Assembly: GCA_030649735.1 (NCBI GenBank)
Contig: JAUSFL010000023.1
Span: 15,698 to 79,697, forward strand
Direction: 5' to 3'
DNA length: 64,000 bases
DNA from: Candidatus Iainarchaeum sp.
GTDB taxonomy: Archaea; Iainarchaeota; Iainarchaeia; Iainarchaeales; UBA10191
The notes under the pieces were generated by a model, which searched no databases, was not told the origin of the DNA, and was given only the letters and a program-made list of their open reading frames with translations. Positions 17,596-27,474 of this stretch are shown here, piece after piece (position 1 is the first letter of the stretch; every line of letters starts with the position of its first letter). The position numbers and the translations under genes were made by a program.

Positions 17596-18871
17596 GACTT
17601 CCGCACTTCAAGAATTTTACAAGAAAACATTGGATGAGCGTTTGCAAATCCTCAAGGAAACAACTGGGCTTTCAGACGAAGACCTTGCACAGCTCAAAAA
17701 GTATTCTGCGCTTGATTTCGAAACAGCAAATCGCATGATAGAAAATGTAATTGGAACTTTCGCGCTTCCTTTTGGCATTGCAACAAACTTCATAATCAAT
17801 GGCCGCGAGCTTTTGATTCCAATGGCAATTGAAGAGCCAAGCGTTATTGCCGCAGCCTCCAATGCCGCAAAGCTCTCGCGCTCTACCGGCGGCTTCAAAG
17901 CAAAAGCTTCAGATCCAATAATGATTGGTCAAATTCTCTTGGTCAATGCAAAAAACCCTGAAAAGGCAATCAAGGAATTAATGATCAACAAGCAAAAGCT
18001 CATTGAGTTTGCAAACTCTAAAGACCCAGTGCTTTGCAAAATCACTGGCGGAGCAAAAGACTTACAAGTCCGCAAACTGCACAAAATGCTAGTGGTTCAC
18101 TTGCTTGTGAATTGCGGCGACGCAATGGGAGCAAACGCAGTCAACACAATGCTTGAAGGAATTGCGCCAAAAATTGAGGAATTGACTGGCGCAATAGCGC
18201 GCGCTAAAATACTCTCCAACCTTGCAGTCCACAGGACAGTGCATGCAGAATGCATTTGGAGCAAAAAAGAGCTTGAAGAAAGCACCAAAGGGCAAGTGAA
18301 AGGAGAAGACGTTGTTGAAGCAATCCTTCAAATGTTTGACTTTGCAGAGCAAGACCCTTTCCGCGCAACAACTCACAATAAGGGAATAATGAACGGCATT
18401 GACGCAGTAGTCCTTGCAACTGGAAATGACTGGCGCGCAATAGAAGCCGGAGCGCATTCTTTCGCTTCTTTCGGAAAGCACCAATATTCTTCCCTTACAA
18501 AATACTCCAAAACAAAAGAAGGAGACTTGCAGGGAGAAATAAACATTCCAATGGCAGTAGGCCTTGTCGGCGGCGCAACAAAAACCCACCCGATCGCAAA
18601 AATTTCTTTGAAAATCCTTGACGTGCAAACAGCAAGCGAGCTTGCAGAAATCATTGCCTCTGTTGGCCTGGCGCAAAACTTTGCAGCAATCCGCGCCCTG
18701 GCAACCGAAGGAATACAGGCAGGCCACATGAAACTTCATGCAAAAAACGTTGCAGTAAACGCCGGGGCTTCCAAGGAAATGGTTGACAAGATTGCAGAGC
18801 AAATGATTGCTGAAAAAAGCGTTAACGCGCAGCGCGCGCAAGAATTGCTGAAACAATACCAAAACAAATAA
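17588..18871 (+). CDS. hmgA: 3-hydroxy-3-methylglutaryl-CoA reductase (class II-like)
   Basis: ENVIGTFALPFGIA and the rest of the conserved HMGR catalytic core. ATG at 17588 preceded by GGTGG. The upstream extension of the ORF-track frame is discounted. Confidence 0.85.
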   Translation: MPKTSALQEFYKKTLDERLQILKETTGLSDEDLAQLKKYSALDFETANRMIENVIGTFALPFGIATNFIINGRELLIPMAIEEPSVIAAASNAAKLSRSTGGFKAKASDPIMIGQILLVNAKNPEKAIKELMINKQKLIEFANSKDPVLCKITGGAKDLQVRKLHKMLVVHLLVNCGDAMGANAVNTMLEGIAPKIEELTGAIARAKILSNLAVHRTVHAECIWSKKELEESTKGQVKGEDVVEAILQMFDFAEQDPFRATTHNKGIMNGIDAVVLATGNDWRAIEAGAHSFASFGKHQYSSLTKYSKTKEGDLQGEINIPMAVGLVGGATKTHPIAKISLKILDVQTASELAEIIASVGLAQNFAAIRALATEGIQAGHMKLHAKNVAVNAGASKEMVDKIAEQMIAEKSVNAQRAQELLKQYQNK

Positions 18872-18912
18872 TAAGAATCTTTGAGTAAGTTTTAGGAAAA
18901 TTGGTGAAATAA

Positions 18913-19959
18913 TTGGAAAAAATAGGAATTGTCGGTTACGGAGCATACATTCCAAAATTCAGGATCAAGGCAGAAGCCATTGCTGAAGTTTGGGGCGAAA
19001 ACGCCGATAAAATCAAGGCAGGCCTTGGGCTTACGGAAAAGTCATTGCCTGCAAAAGACGAAGACACTACAACAATCAGCGTTCAAGCAGCACGCAATGC
19101 GCTGCTCCGTGCTGGAATTGTTGGAAAAAAAATTGGCGCATTATACATTGGCTCTGAATCACACCCTTACGCTGTAAAGCCGACTGCTGCAACAGTCGCT
19201 GACGCAATTCAGGCCGGCTTTGACACAATGGCTGCAGACACTGAATTTGCCTGCAAGGCTGGAAGCGCCGCAATTCAAATGGTTGCTGGCTTAGTAAAGA
19301 GTGAAATGATAGAGTATGGAATGGCAATTGGCTCTGACACTTCACAATCATCCCAAGGAAATGCATTGGAATATTCAGCAGCTTCTGGTGGCGCAGCATT
19401 TATTTTAGGCCGCGAAAAAAAAGAGATTATTGCAGAATTGGAAAAAACTCTTTCTTTCACTAGTGACACTCCGGACTTTTGGCGCAGAGGTTTGCAGGAA
19501 ACTCCAGAGCATGCTGGAAGATTTACTGGAGAACCTGCTTACATGAAGCATGTTTTGGGGGCAACTCAAATGATTCTTTCAGAAACAAACTCAAAGCCGT
19601 CAGACTTTGACTATGCAGTATTCCACATGCCTAATGGAAAGTTTCCATTACAGGCTGCAAAAAAGCTTGGATTTTCAACAGAGCAAGTAAAGCCTGGATT
19701 GGTTGTTTCAAAAATTGGCAATACTTATTCTGGCTCTTCGCTTTTAGGACTCTCTAGTGTTTTGGACATTGCAAAAGCAGGCCAGAAAATTCTTGTTACA
19801 AGTTATGGTTCTGGCTCTGGAAGCGATTCTTTCATTTTCAAGACAACAAAGCGTTTGGAAGAAGTGCAAGACAAGGCAAAAAAAACAGAAGATTACGTTG
19901 CCCGAAAAGAATATGTTGGATATTCAAAATACAGGCAGCACATGGCAATGGTAGTGTGA
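18913..19959 (+). CDS. archaeal HMG-CoA synthase
   Basis: MEKIGIVGYGAYIPKFRI... is the typical archaeal HMGCS N-terminus (condensing-enzyme fold). TTG start. Confidence 0.8.
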   Translation: MEKIGIVGYGAYIPKFRIKAEAIAEVWGENADKIKAGLGLTEKSLPAKDEDTTTISVQAARNALLRAGIVGKKIGALYIGSESHPYAVKPTAATVADAIQAGFDTMAADTEFACKAGSAAIQMVAGLVKSEMIEYGMAIGSDTSQSSQGNALEYSAASGGAAFILGREKKEIIAELEKTLSFTSDTPDFWRRGLQETPEHAGRFTGEPAYMKHVLGATQMILSETNSKPSDFDYAVFHMPNGKFPLQAAKKLGFSTEQVKPGLVVSKIGNTYSGSSLLGLSSVLDIAKAGQKILVTSYGSGSGSDSFIFKTTKRLEEVQDKAKKTEDYVARKEYVGYSKYRQHMAMVV

Positions 19960-20234
19960 AATTTATGGATAAGAAGAAAATTATTGTTTTTTTGGCTTTG
20001 ACAATTTTGATTCTTATACTCTTTGAAATTATATTTTCGGTTTCAAATTATAGCTTAGTTTCAGGATTTAGTTCACAAAGGGGTTTTCCATTTCCTTACT
20101 ACGCAGAATTACCTTGCTCTTCGAGGGAAGATTCCTTAATGTGCAGAGAATATGCATTTCTAGTTGTGGATATTGCAATTGCCGCGATTATTTCTGCTGG
20201 CGTGACTTTTTTAATTATGAGGCATTCTAAATGA
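19956..20234 (+). CDS. small membrane protein (1-2 TM), unknown; inserted between HMGCS and thiolase
   Basis: 92-aa ORF with a TM helix (IIVFLALTILILILFEIIF) and a second hydrophobic C-terminal segment. Overlaps neighbouring gene ends by 4 nt on each side. Confidence 0.45.
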   Translation: MKFMDKKKIIVFLALTILILILFEIIFSVSNYSLVSGFSSQRGFPFPYYAELPCSSREDSLMCREYAFLVVDIAIAAIISAGVTFLIMRHSK

Positions 20235-21382
20235 AAATTGGAGTCATTGGAACTGGTTTGACAAAGTTTGGCGAAATTTGGGACAAGTCGCTCCGTGACC
20301 TTTTGGCAGAAGCGCAGCTAAAGTCTTTGGAAGAGGCAGGAATTTCTCCAAAAGACATTGAAATGATTTTTACAGGCAACATGTGCGCTGGCGCTTTAAG
20401 CGGTCAATTGCACATTGGCGCAATGGCTGCAGAAAACCTGCGATTAAATGTTCCGTCAACTCGAGTTGAAGGCGCTTGCGCTTCTGGAGCATTGGCAATA
20501 AGGGCAGGAATTGCTGCAATCGAATCTGGAGCCGCAAAAATAGTTCAAGTGAATGGCGTTGAAAAAATGACTGATGTTTCAACAGAGCAAGTGACCACTG
20601 CCTTGATGGGCGCTGGAGACGAGGAAGTTGAAGGATTTCAAGGAGCGACTTTTCCTGCACTTTACGCTTTAATGGCGCGCGCTTACATGCAAGAGTTTGG
20701 CTTGACTCGCGAAGAGCTTGCTGCAGTTCCTGTGAAAAGCCACAAGCACGGTTCAATGAATCCAATAGCCCAGTACCAGAAAGAGCTTTCAATTGATGAC
20801 GTGATTAATGCCTCAATGGTTTCAGACCCGCTCACGCTAATGGATTGCTCCCCAATAACTGACGGTGCTTCTTCAATAATCCTTGCCACTGAAAGCATTG
20901 CAAAAAAATTGAACAATGATGCTGTCTGGGTTGTGGGAAGCGGACAGGCTTCTGACACTCTTGCTCTTTCAAACCGCGACTCGCTCAGCGAGATTAAGGC
21001 AACGCGTTTTGCTGCAGAGCATGCTTTCAAGCAGGCTGGAATTACTGCAAGGGATGTTCACTTGGCTGAAGTGCATGATTGCTTTTCAATTGCAGAGCTT
21101 TTGGCAATTGAAGGATTGGGATTGGCAAAGAAGGGAGAGGCTGGAAAGCACGCTGCAGCAGGCCATCATTACTTTGATTCTAAAATGCCAATCAACACTT
21201 GCGGCGGCTTAAAGTCTTGCGGCCATCCAATTGGAGCGACTGGAGTAAAGCAGGCTGTTGAAATAGTGCATCAATTGCAGAATCGCGCTGGAAAACGCCA
21301 AGTGAAAAAGGCAGAAGTTGGAGTTGCACAAAACGTTGGAGGCACAGGCGCTACTGTAGTAGTGAATGTGTTCAAAAGGTGA
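20231..21382 (+). CDS. acetoacetyl-CoA thiolase (archaeal thiolase-fold protein)
   Basis: MKIGVIGTGLTKFGE...EGACASGALAI... (active-site Cys region), C-terminal GHPIGATG. Archaeal ACAT pattern. Confidence 0.85.
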   Translation: MKIGVIGTGLTKFGEIWDKSLRDLLAEAQLKSLEEAGISPKDIEMIFTGNMCAGALSGQLHIGAMAAENLRLNVPSTRVEGACASGALAIRAGIAAIESGAAKIVQVNGVEKMTDVSTEQVTTALMGAGDEEVEGFQGATFPALYALMARAYMQEFGLTREELAAVPVKSHKHGSMNPIAQYQKELSIDDVINASMVSDPLTLMDCSPITDGASSIILATESIAKKLNNDAVWVVGSGQASDTLALSNRDSLSEIKATRFAAEHAFKQAGITARDVHLAEVHDCFSIAELLAIEGLGLAKKGEAGKHAAAGHHYFDSKMPINTCGGLKSCGHPIGATGVKQAVEIVHQLQNRAGKRQVKKAEVGVAQNVGGTGATVVVNVFKR

Positions 21383-21768
21383 AATTAATGCCATTATTCA
21401 AGAAAGCAAGATTGACAAGAGGCCGGCTCTTTGAAAAAGTTGGCGCTTTTTCACAGGCTGGGTCAAGGAATTTTGCAAAAGTTTACACTAAGCAATTGTC
21501 TGTAGCCACTGGCAGGCCTGCAATCGCAAAGTCTTTGGCAAATGAACAAGATAGGTTTTCTCCAGATTATGCCCAAATTTTAAGAAATTTGGGAAAAACT
21601 AGGATTCGTGGGACTAAAAGAGAAAAAGTTGTCCAAAGAAAAAAGATCGTGAGAGCAATTAGTAAAAAGACTGGTTCTCCTCCAAGGCATTTTGGCCTGG
21701 CGTTAAGGGAATCGAGAATAATTGCCGAAGTCCCGCATCCTACATCAGTCAAAAGGAGGGCTAAATAA
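21379..21768 (+). CDS. small highly basic protein, unknown; inserted between thiolase and the DUF35 scaffold
   Basis: 129 aa, Arg/Lys-rich. GTG/ATG start overlaps the thiolase stop and its stop overlaps the DUF35 start. No recognisable motif. Confidence 0.4.
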   Translation: MKLMPLFKKARLTRGRLFEKVGAFSQAGSRNFAKVYTKQLSVATGRPAIAKSLANEQDRFSPDYAQILRNLGKTRIRGTKREKVVQRKKIVRAISKKTGSPPRHFGLALRESRIIAEVPHPTSVKRRAK

Positions 21769-22166
21769 TGTTTCGAAGCACGCCAATAATTCGCTGGAGA
21801 AAATACCAAGAGCGCTATAATTTGATGGGCGCAAAGTGCGAGAAGTGCGGCAAACTACATTACCCGCAGCCTGCATTATGCACTTGCGGTTCTTCAAAAT
21901 TCATTGCGCACAAGTTCAAGGGAGAAGGCACTTTGCTTTCTTTCACTGACATTGGCTCTGGCCCAGAGGCCTATGCAGAGCATGCGCCTTACTGCCTTGG
22001 AATAATCCAATTGTCTGAAGGCCCTAAGATTACAAGCCAGCTTTCAGACTGCAAGTTGGAAGACTTGAAGATTGGAATGCAAATGATTGCGACTTTCAGG
22101 AAGTTTTACTCTTCCGGAGAAAAAGGCGCAATTTATTACGGAACAAAATTCACGCCGAAATGGTGA
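21768..22166 (+). CDS. DUF35-family OB-fold / zinc-ribbon protein (thiolase-HMGCS complex scaffold)
   Basis: Zinc ribbon CEKCGKLHYPQPALCTCG followed by an OB-fold-like C-terminus. Conserved adjacency with archaeal thiolase and HMGCS. Confidence 0.75.
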   Translation: MFRSTPIIRWRKYQERYNLMGAKCEKCGKLHYPQPALCTCGSSKFIAHKFKGEGTLLSFTDIGSGPEAYAEHAPYCLGIIQLSEGPKITSQLSDCKLEDLKIGMQMIATFRKFYSSGEKGAIYYGTKFTPKW

Positions 22167-22227
22167 TTTTTCGTTCATTGTCTTTCAAAAAATAGTTTTT
22201 AATCATTCATTGCAGTAATTGATTATT

Positions 22228-23226
22228 ATGAAACAAGTCAAGGCTTCAGCTCCGGGAAATCTGTTCTTTGCAGGAGAGCACGCAGTGGTTTACAATTATC
22301 CAGCAATTGTCACTTCCATTGGAAAGCGGACTTTTGTCACAGCTTCTTCAAGAGAAGATATTATAGTTGAAATTGAGAGTAGTGCTTTTGGAATTGCGAC
22401 AGCAAAAAACCGCAATGGCCAGTTGATTGAGCGCTCCATGGAAAAGAAAGAATTGAATTCTGTAATGGATTTGTGCGAGAAAGTAATTCAAGACTTCAAG
22501 ATTTCTGACGGCTTTTCCTTAAAGATTGAGTCCGAAATTCCAGTAGAGTCTGGAATGTCTTCAAGCACTGCTGTTTTGTGCGCTAGTTTTTGCGCAATCA
22601 CTGAATTGTTCGGTCAGCACGTAAAGCCTGAAAAGTATTTTGATTCTTTGTATCCTTTGCAGGTGAAAATTCACGGTGGAAAGGCTTCAGGCGCGGAAAT
22701 TTACTCTTCTTCAGTTGGTGGATTCAACAGGATTCAAAAAGTTGAAGAGAACGGAAAAGTCGTGCAGAAAGTAAAGTCTTTGGGAAAGCAAGAGTTTTCA
22801 GTGGTTATTGGGAACACTAAAGTGCGCGGCCCAACAGCACTTGTTGTTGGAGTTCATCACCCAAGTATAATTAAGAGATTTCCAGAATTAGTTCGGGATT
22901 CTTGGAAAAAAATTGAAAAAATCGTGAAGTCAATGCAGTCAGCAATAAAAAAAGGGGATGTGGTAAAAGTTGGAAAGTTAATGACTGCAAACCAGAAAGT
23001 TCTTTCCAAAATTATGCTTTCTCACCCAAAATTGGACGATTGCATTACTGAAGCCTTGAAGGCCGGTGCTTTAGGAGCAAAGCTTTCTGGCGGAGGCTGG
23101 GGCGGAGTAATGTTTGCCTTAGTGCGCAAGGAAGACGAGGATAAAGTTGCAAAGGCAATTGAAAGCACTGGAAGCGAGGCAATAATTACCGAAATTGGCG
23201 GAGAAGGAGTCAGAGTTGAGGAATAA
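22228..23226 (+). CDS. mvk: mevalonate kinase (GHMP kinase family)
   Basis: SAPGNLFFAGEHAVVY (motif 1) and PVESGMSSSTAV (GHMP ATP-binding motif). Confidence 0.8.
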   Translation: MKQVKASAPGNLFFAGEHAVVYNYPAIVTSIGKRTFVTASSREDIIVEIESSAFGIATAKNRNGQLIERSMEKKELNSVMDLCEKVIQDFKISDGFSLKIESEIPVESGMSSSTAVLCASFCAITELFGQHVKPEKYFDSLYPLQVKIHGGKASGAEIYSSSVGGFNRIQKVEENGKVVQKVKSLGKQEFSVVIGNTKVRGPTALVVGVHHPSIIKRFPELVRDSWKKIEKIVKSMQSAIKKGDVVKVGKLMTANQKVLSKIMLSHPKLDDCITEALKAGALGAKLSGGGWGGVMFALVRKEDEDKVAKAIESTGSEAIITEIGGEGVRVEE

Positions 23227-23235
23227 TTTGATATT

Positions 23236-23793
23236 ATGAAAAAGAAAATTATCGTTGGAATTACTGGCGCTTCTGGAATAGAATACGCTATCGAGTTCTT
23301 GAAGGGACTGAAAGAGCGCAAGGAAATAGAGACTCACTTGATAATTAGCGAGGCCGCAAAGAAAGTTCTCGAAATAGAGACCGAATTCAAAAGCAAGGAT
23401 CTGGAAAAGCTTGTTGACTTTGTTTACGACAACAAAAACATGGCTGCTTCAGTAAGTTCTTCGAGCTTTAAGATTGATTCAATGATTGTAATTCCAGCTT
23501 CTGTGAAAACCTGCTCTGCAATAGCGAATGCTTACACTGACGAATTGATTGTGCGCTGCGCTGATAACATGTTAAAGTTTAAGAAAAAATTAGTTGTTTG
23601 TATTAGAGAAACGCCATTAAGTTCCGCTTGCCTGAAAAATTTGCACGAGCTTTCACTGATGGGTGCAGTTGTGATGCCTTTAAGTCCTGGCTTTTATTTG
23701 AATCCAAAGTCTAAAAAAGACTTAATCTTTTTTATGATTGGTAAGTGCCTTGATTCTTTGGAAATTGACAATGACTTCAAAAGGTGGAAATAA
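23236..23793 (+). CDS. ubiX: UbiX-family flavin prenyltransferase (prenyl-FMN synthase)
   Basis: MKKKIIVGITGASGIEYAIEFLK... is the typical UbiX/Pad1 flavoprotein N-terminus. About 185 aa. Confidence 0.8.
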   Translation: MKKKIIVGITGASGIEYAIEFLKGLKERKEIETHLIISEAAKKVLEIETEFKSKDLEKLVDFVYDNKNMAASVSSSSFKIDSMIVIPASVKTCSAIANAYTDELIVRCADNMLKFKKKLVVCIRETPLSSACLKNLHELSLMGAVVMPLSPGFYLNPKSKKDLIFFMIGKCLDSLEIDNDFKRWK

Positions 23794-25097
23794 TGGGTTT
23801 TAGGGATTATTTGCAAAAGCTTGAAAAGTCTCACAAGTTGCAAAAAATTAGCGCGTCTGTTTCAAAGCATTTGGAAGCTTCAGGGATTCTAAAAGCCATT
23901 GAGCCTAAGGCAGTTCTTTTTGAAAAAATCAAAGAAAGCAATTTTAAAGTGGCTGGAAATGTTTTTCCGACAAAAGATTCAATAGCCGATTATGTGGGTT
24001 GCGAGACAAGTGAATTGATTTCAACAATCAATAAAGCAATCTCTAACATGAAAGCCCCTGAGGAAACAAAGAATGCAAAATGCCAGGAAGTCGTTGAAGA
24101 AATCGTTGACCTTGATAAATTGCCTATTTTATTCCATTGTGCGCATGATGGTGGAAATTACATAAGCTCTGGGATTGTTGTTTCAAAAGACAAAGAATTC
24201 GGGCAAAACCTTGACTTTCACAGGATGATGCAGATTGGAAAGAATAAGTTTTCAGTAAGGATTGTTAAAGAGCGAAATTTTGACACTTTCTTGAAGAAAA
24301 ACGGCGAAATGGACATTGCTGTTTGCATAGGAAACGGAGCAAATGTTCTGGTTGCTGCTGCAACTTCAATAGAAATTGGAAAAAACGAGCTTGGAATTGC
24401 AAATGCGCTAGAGCCTTTGACAGTCACTCGCGCTAAAACTTCGGACTTGCTTATCCCTTCAGACTGCGAGTTTGTGATTGAAGGAAGGATTGTGCTTGAA
24501 GAAAAGGCAAATGAAGGTCCGTTTGTTGACTTGACTGAAACTCTTGATGTTGTAAGGCAAGAGCCAGTTCTTACAGTAAAAAAAATAACCCACAGGAAAG
24601 ACGCAATCTGGCAGGCACTGCTTCCAGGTGCATTAGAGCACAAGGTTTTGATGGGAATGCCGCGCGAACCCACAATTTTCAAGAAAGTCAACGAGGCAGG
24701 AGTGAAATGCATTGATGTTAATGTAAATCCTGGAGGCTGCAGCTGGTTGCATGCTATTGTGAAGATCGACAAGCAAAATGAAGACGATGGAAAAAAGGCA
24801 ATTGACGCTGCATTTGAAGGCCATAAGAGCTGCAAGCATATTTTTATTGTCGACAAGGACATTGACATTTACAATCCATTGGATGTGGAGTGGGCAATGG
24901 CAACGCGCTTTCAGGCAGATGTGGACTTTAAAATGAAAGCCAGGGAAAAAGGCTCAAGCCTTGATCCAAGCGCTGATCCTGAAACCCACTTTACCACAAA
25001 ATGTGGTTTGGACTGCACTGCATCCTTGCAGGTCAAAGGAAAGAATTTTTCCAAAGAGCCTTTCCCGCAGGTTGACTTGAAAAAGTATTTGAAGTGA
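23784..25097 (+). CDS. UbiD-family decarboxylase; candidate anhydromevalonate-phosphate decarboxylase of the alternative archaeal MVA pathway
   Basis: About 437 aa with UbiD-like organisation, directly downstream of ubiX and upstream of the aconitase-X pair. Functional assignment rests on gene context. Confidence 0.65.
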   Translation: MEIMGFRDYLQKLEKSHKLQKISASVSKHLEASGILKAIEPKAVLFEKIKESNFKVAGNVFPTKDSIADYVGCETSELISTINKAISNMKAPEETKNAKCQEVVEEIVDLDKLPILFHCAHDGGNYISSGIVVSKDKEFGQNLDFHRMMQIGKNKFSVRIVKERNFDTFLKKNGEMDIAVCIGNGANVLVAAATSIEIGKNELGIANALEPLTVTRAKTSDLLIPSDCEFVIEGRIVLEEKANEGPFVDLTETLDVVRQEPVLTVKKITHRKDAIWQALLPGALEHKVLMGMPREPTIFKKVNEAGVKCIDVNVNPGGCSWLHAIVKIDKQNEDDGKKAIDAAFEGHKSCKHIFIVDKDIDIYNPLDVEWAMATRFQADVDFKMKAREKGSSLDPSADPETHFTTKCGLDCTASLQVKGKNFSKEPFPQVDLKKYLK

Positions 25098-25103
25098 TTT
25101 GAA

Positions 25104-26282
25104 ATGAAACTGACTGCTGACGAAAAGAAAATGCTTGCAGGCAAGCACGGGAATGCAGTAAAGAAGTCAATGGAAATTCTAGTGGCGCTTGGAGAGATTT
25201 TTGGAGCTAAAAGGCTGATTGATGTTGCAAGCGTTCAGGTTGCTGGAGTAAGCTATCATAATTTGGGCGATGCTGGATTGGAATTCTTGGAAGAGCTTGC
25301 AAAGGATGGCAAAGTCAAAGTATTGACTACTTTGAATCCTGCAGGAATGGACTTGGAAAACTGGAAGAACTTGGGAATTTCCCCAGAGTTTGCCGAAAAG
25401 CAAAAGAAAGTTATTGATGCCTTTGAAAAATTAGGCGTTGTAACAACTTGCACTTGCACTCCTTATTTTGTGGGAAACTTGCCGCGATTTGGAGAGCACA
25501 TTGCATGGAGCGAAAGCAGTGCTGTCGCATTTTCAAATTCTATTATTGGGGCGTTCACAAACAAGGAGGGTGGACCAAGTGCTTTGGCTGCTGCATTGAC
25601 TGGAAAAACTCCTGAATATGGTCTGCATTTGAAAGAAAACAGACAAGCTCAAGTCTTAGTAAATGTAAAAGCAAGGCTTGAAGGAACGCGGGATTTTGGG
25701 GCATTAGGTTATGCGATTGGAAAAAAGATTGGCACAAAAATTCCATTGATTAAAGGAATTAAGAAAGCAAGCATTGAAGAACTGAAAAATTTCAGCGCGA
25801 GCATTGCAACTTACGGCGGAACCGGGCTTTATCATATTGCGGGCATTACTCCTGCAAAAACACAAGCCCCTAAGGAAATAGTTTCAATAGGCGAATCAGA
25901 CATTGAAGCCGCAAAAACAGCATTAAATGACGCGGTTGAAGGTGAAATTGACCTTGTTGCAATAGGCTGCCCGCATTGCTCAATTAAAGAATTGCAAAAT
26001 ATTGCAAAGCTTTTGAAAGGGAAGAAAGTTAAAAAGGAAATTTGGATTTGCGTTGCAAGACCAGTGAAAAGCATTGCTGACAAAATGGGATATTCAAAAA
26101 CAATTGAAGAGTCAGGGGCAAAATTTGCATGCGACACTTGCATGGCAGTCGCTCCGTTGAAAGGCAGGTTTAAGGGGCTGGCTACAGACTCTGCCAAGGG
26201 CTGTTTTTATGGCAGGGGCAGCAATTCTTTCAAGACAAAATTTTGCACAATGGAAGAATGCATTCAAGAGGCGATTGAATGA
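25104..26282 (+). CDS. aconitase X catalytic subunit (AcnX large subunit); candidate phosphomevalonate dehydratase large subunit
   Basis: About 392 aa with an AcnX/DUF521-like Cys/Ser-rich pattern (CTCTPYF..., GCPHCS, CDTCM). Confidence 0.7.
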   Translation: MKLTADEKKMLAGKHGNAVKKSMEILVALGEIFGAKRLIDVASVQVAGVSYHNLGDAGLEFLEELAKDGKVKVLTTLNPAGMDLENWKNLGISPEFAEKQKKVIDAFEKLGVVTTCTCTPYFVGNLPRFGEHIAWSESSAVAFSNSIIGAFTNKEGGPSALAAALTGKTPEYGLHLKENRQAQVLVNVKARLEGTRDFGALGYAIGKKIGTKIPLIKGIKKASIEELKNFSASIATYGGTGLYHIAGITPAKTQAPKEIVSIGESDIEAAKTALNDAVEGEIDLVAIGCPHCSIKELQNIAKLLKGKKVKKEIWICVARPVKSIADKMGYSKTIEESGAKFACDTCMAVAPLKGRFKGLATDSAKGCFYGRGSNSFKTKFCTMEECIQEAIE

Positions 26283-26668
26283 ATCTTAAAGGAAGGAAAA
26301 TCTGCGCTGGAAAAGCCAAAGGCGAGGCAATTGTTTCAAATCAAGGAATTTCATTTTATGGCGGCGTAGACCCTAACACTGGAATTGTTGTTGAAAAAGG
26401 CCACGAGCTTGAAGGCAAAAGCATTGCAGGAAAAATTCTTGTTTTTCCGCAAGGAAAAGGCAGCACTGTAGGGAGCTACACAATGTACCGCCTGAAAAAG
26501 AATGGAAAAGCGCCTTTAGCAATTATAAACAAGGAATGCGAAACAATAGTTGCTGTTGGGGCAATAATTTCAGAAATTCCCTGCATTGACAAGATTGACA
26601 TTTCCCAAATAAAAACCGGCCAAAATTTAGCGGTTGATGCAGAGAACGGAATTGTGGAAGTGCAATAA
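26279..26668 (+). CDS. aconitase X swivel-domain subunit (AcnX small subunit); candidate phosphomevalonate dehydratase small subunit
   Basis: About 129 aa, GKAKGEAIV...GKILVFPQGKGSTVGSY pattern of the DUF126/AcnX swivel domain. Overlaps the large-subunit stop. Confidence 0.7.
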   Translation: MNLKGRKICAGKAKGEAIVSNQGISFYGGVDPNTGIVVEKGHELEGKSIAGKILVFPQGKGSTVGSYTMYRLKKNGKAPLAIINKECETIVAVGAIISEIPCIDKIDISQIKTGQNLAVDAENGIVEVQ

Positions 26669-27474
26669 TGCCTGTTCCATTGTATATTATGAAGGTTGGC
26701 GGTTCTGTTTGCACTAAAAAGGCAGAGAACAAATTTGAGGCAAATCGCGAATTAATAGCAAAAGTCGCTTCTGAAATAAAGCGCGCGCAAGCAAATAAAG
26801 AATTCCAATTAATTTTAGTCCATGGCGCAGGGCCCTTTGGGCACACTAATGTGAAAAATTACGGCATTAATGATGGAATAAAGACAGAACAGCATGTTGA
26901 AGGATTTATCAAAACTCACTTGGCAATGCAGGAATTAAATTCTGTGTTTTTGCAAGAGTTTGAAAACGCAGGCTTGAAGGCGATTGCAATTGACCCGACA
27001 GCTTGCATTGTTCAAAACAACAAGAAAATCTCAAAGTTTGAAACTTTACCTCTAGAACTTCTTTTGAAAATGAACTCTAAAATAATTTCCATAATGTACG
27101 GCGACATGGTTGTTGACTTGAAAATTGGCGGCAGTGTAGTGAGCGGCGATGCGATAATTTCTTACCTTGCACACCGATTGAAGGCAAGCAAGATTCTGCT
27201 TGGGACTGATGTTGCCGGAGTTTTTGAGGCAGACCCTAAAAAATTTCCCAACGCCAAACGAATTGAAATAATTGACAAGAAAAATTTCAATCAAATAATA
27301 AAAAACGTGACTGGATCTAATGCAATTGACGTTACGGGGGGAATGAAAGAGAAACTCTTGAAATTACGGCAGCAGCTTTCTGGCTGCAATGCACTGATTT
27401 TTGACATGCGCATTGCCGAAAACACTATCAAAGCGCTTGTCGGAAGCGTTGAAGGAACTAAAATTCTACTTTGA
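26668..27474 (+). CDS. ipk: isopentenyl phosphate kinase (amino-acid-kinase fold)
   Basis: IMKVGGSV...ILVHGAGPFGH motif characteristic of IPK. About 268 aa. Confidence 0.8.
   Translation: MPVPLYIMKVGGSVCTKKAENKFEANRELIAKVASEIKRAQANKEFQLILVHGAGPFGHTNVKNYGINDGIKTEQHVEGFIKTHLAMQELNSVFLQEFENAGLKAIAIDPTACIVQNNKKISKFETLPLELLLKMNSKIISIMYGDMVVDLKIGGSVVSGDAIISYLAHRLKASKILLGTDVAGVFEADPKKFPNAKRIEIIDKKNFNQIIKNVTGSNAIDVTGGMKEKLLKLRQQLSGCNALIFDMRIAENTIKALVGSVEGTKILL

Noticed and set aside
18089-18955. 288-aa Cys/Phe-rich minus-strand ORF
   Set aside because: Antisense to the well-supported HMG-CoA reductase gene. Its composition is an artefact of the complementary frame.
24218-24868. 216-aa minus-strand ORF
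   Set aside because: Antisense to the UbiD-family gene. Shadow ORF.
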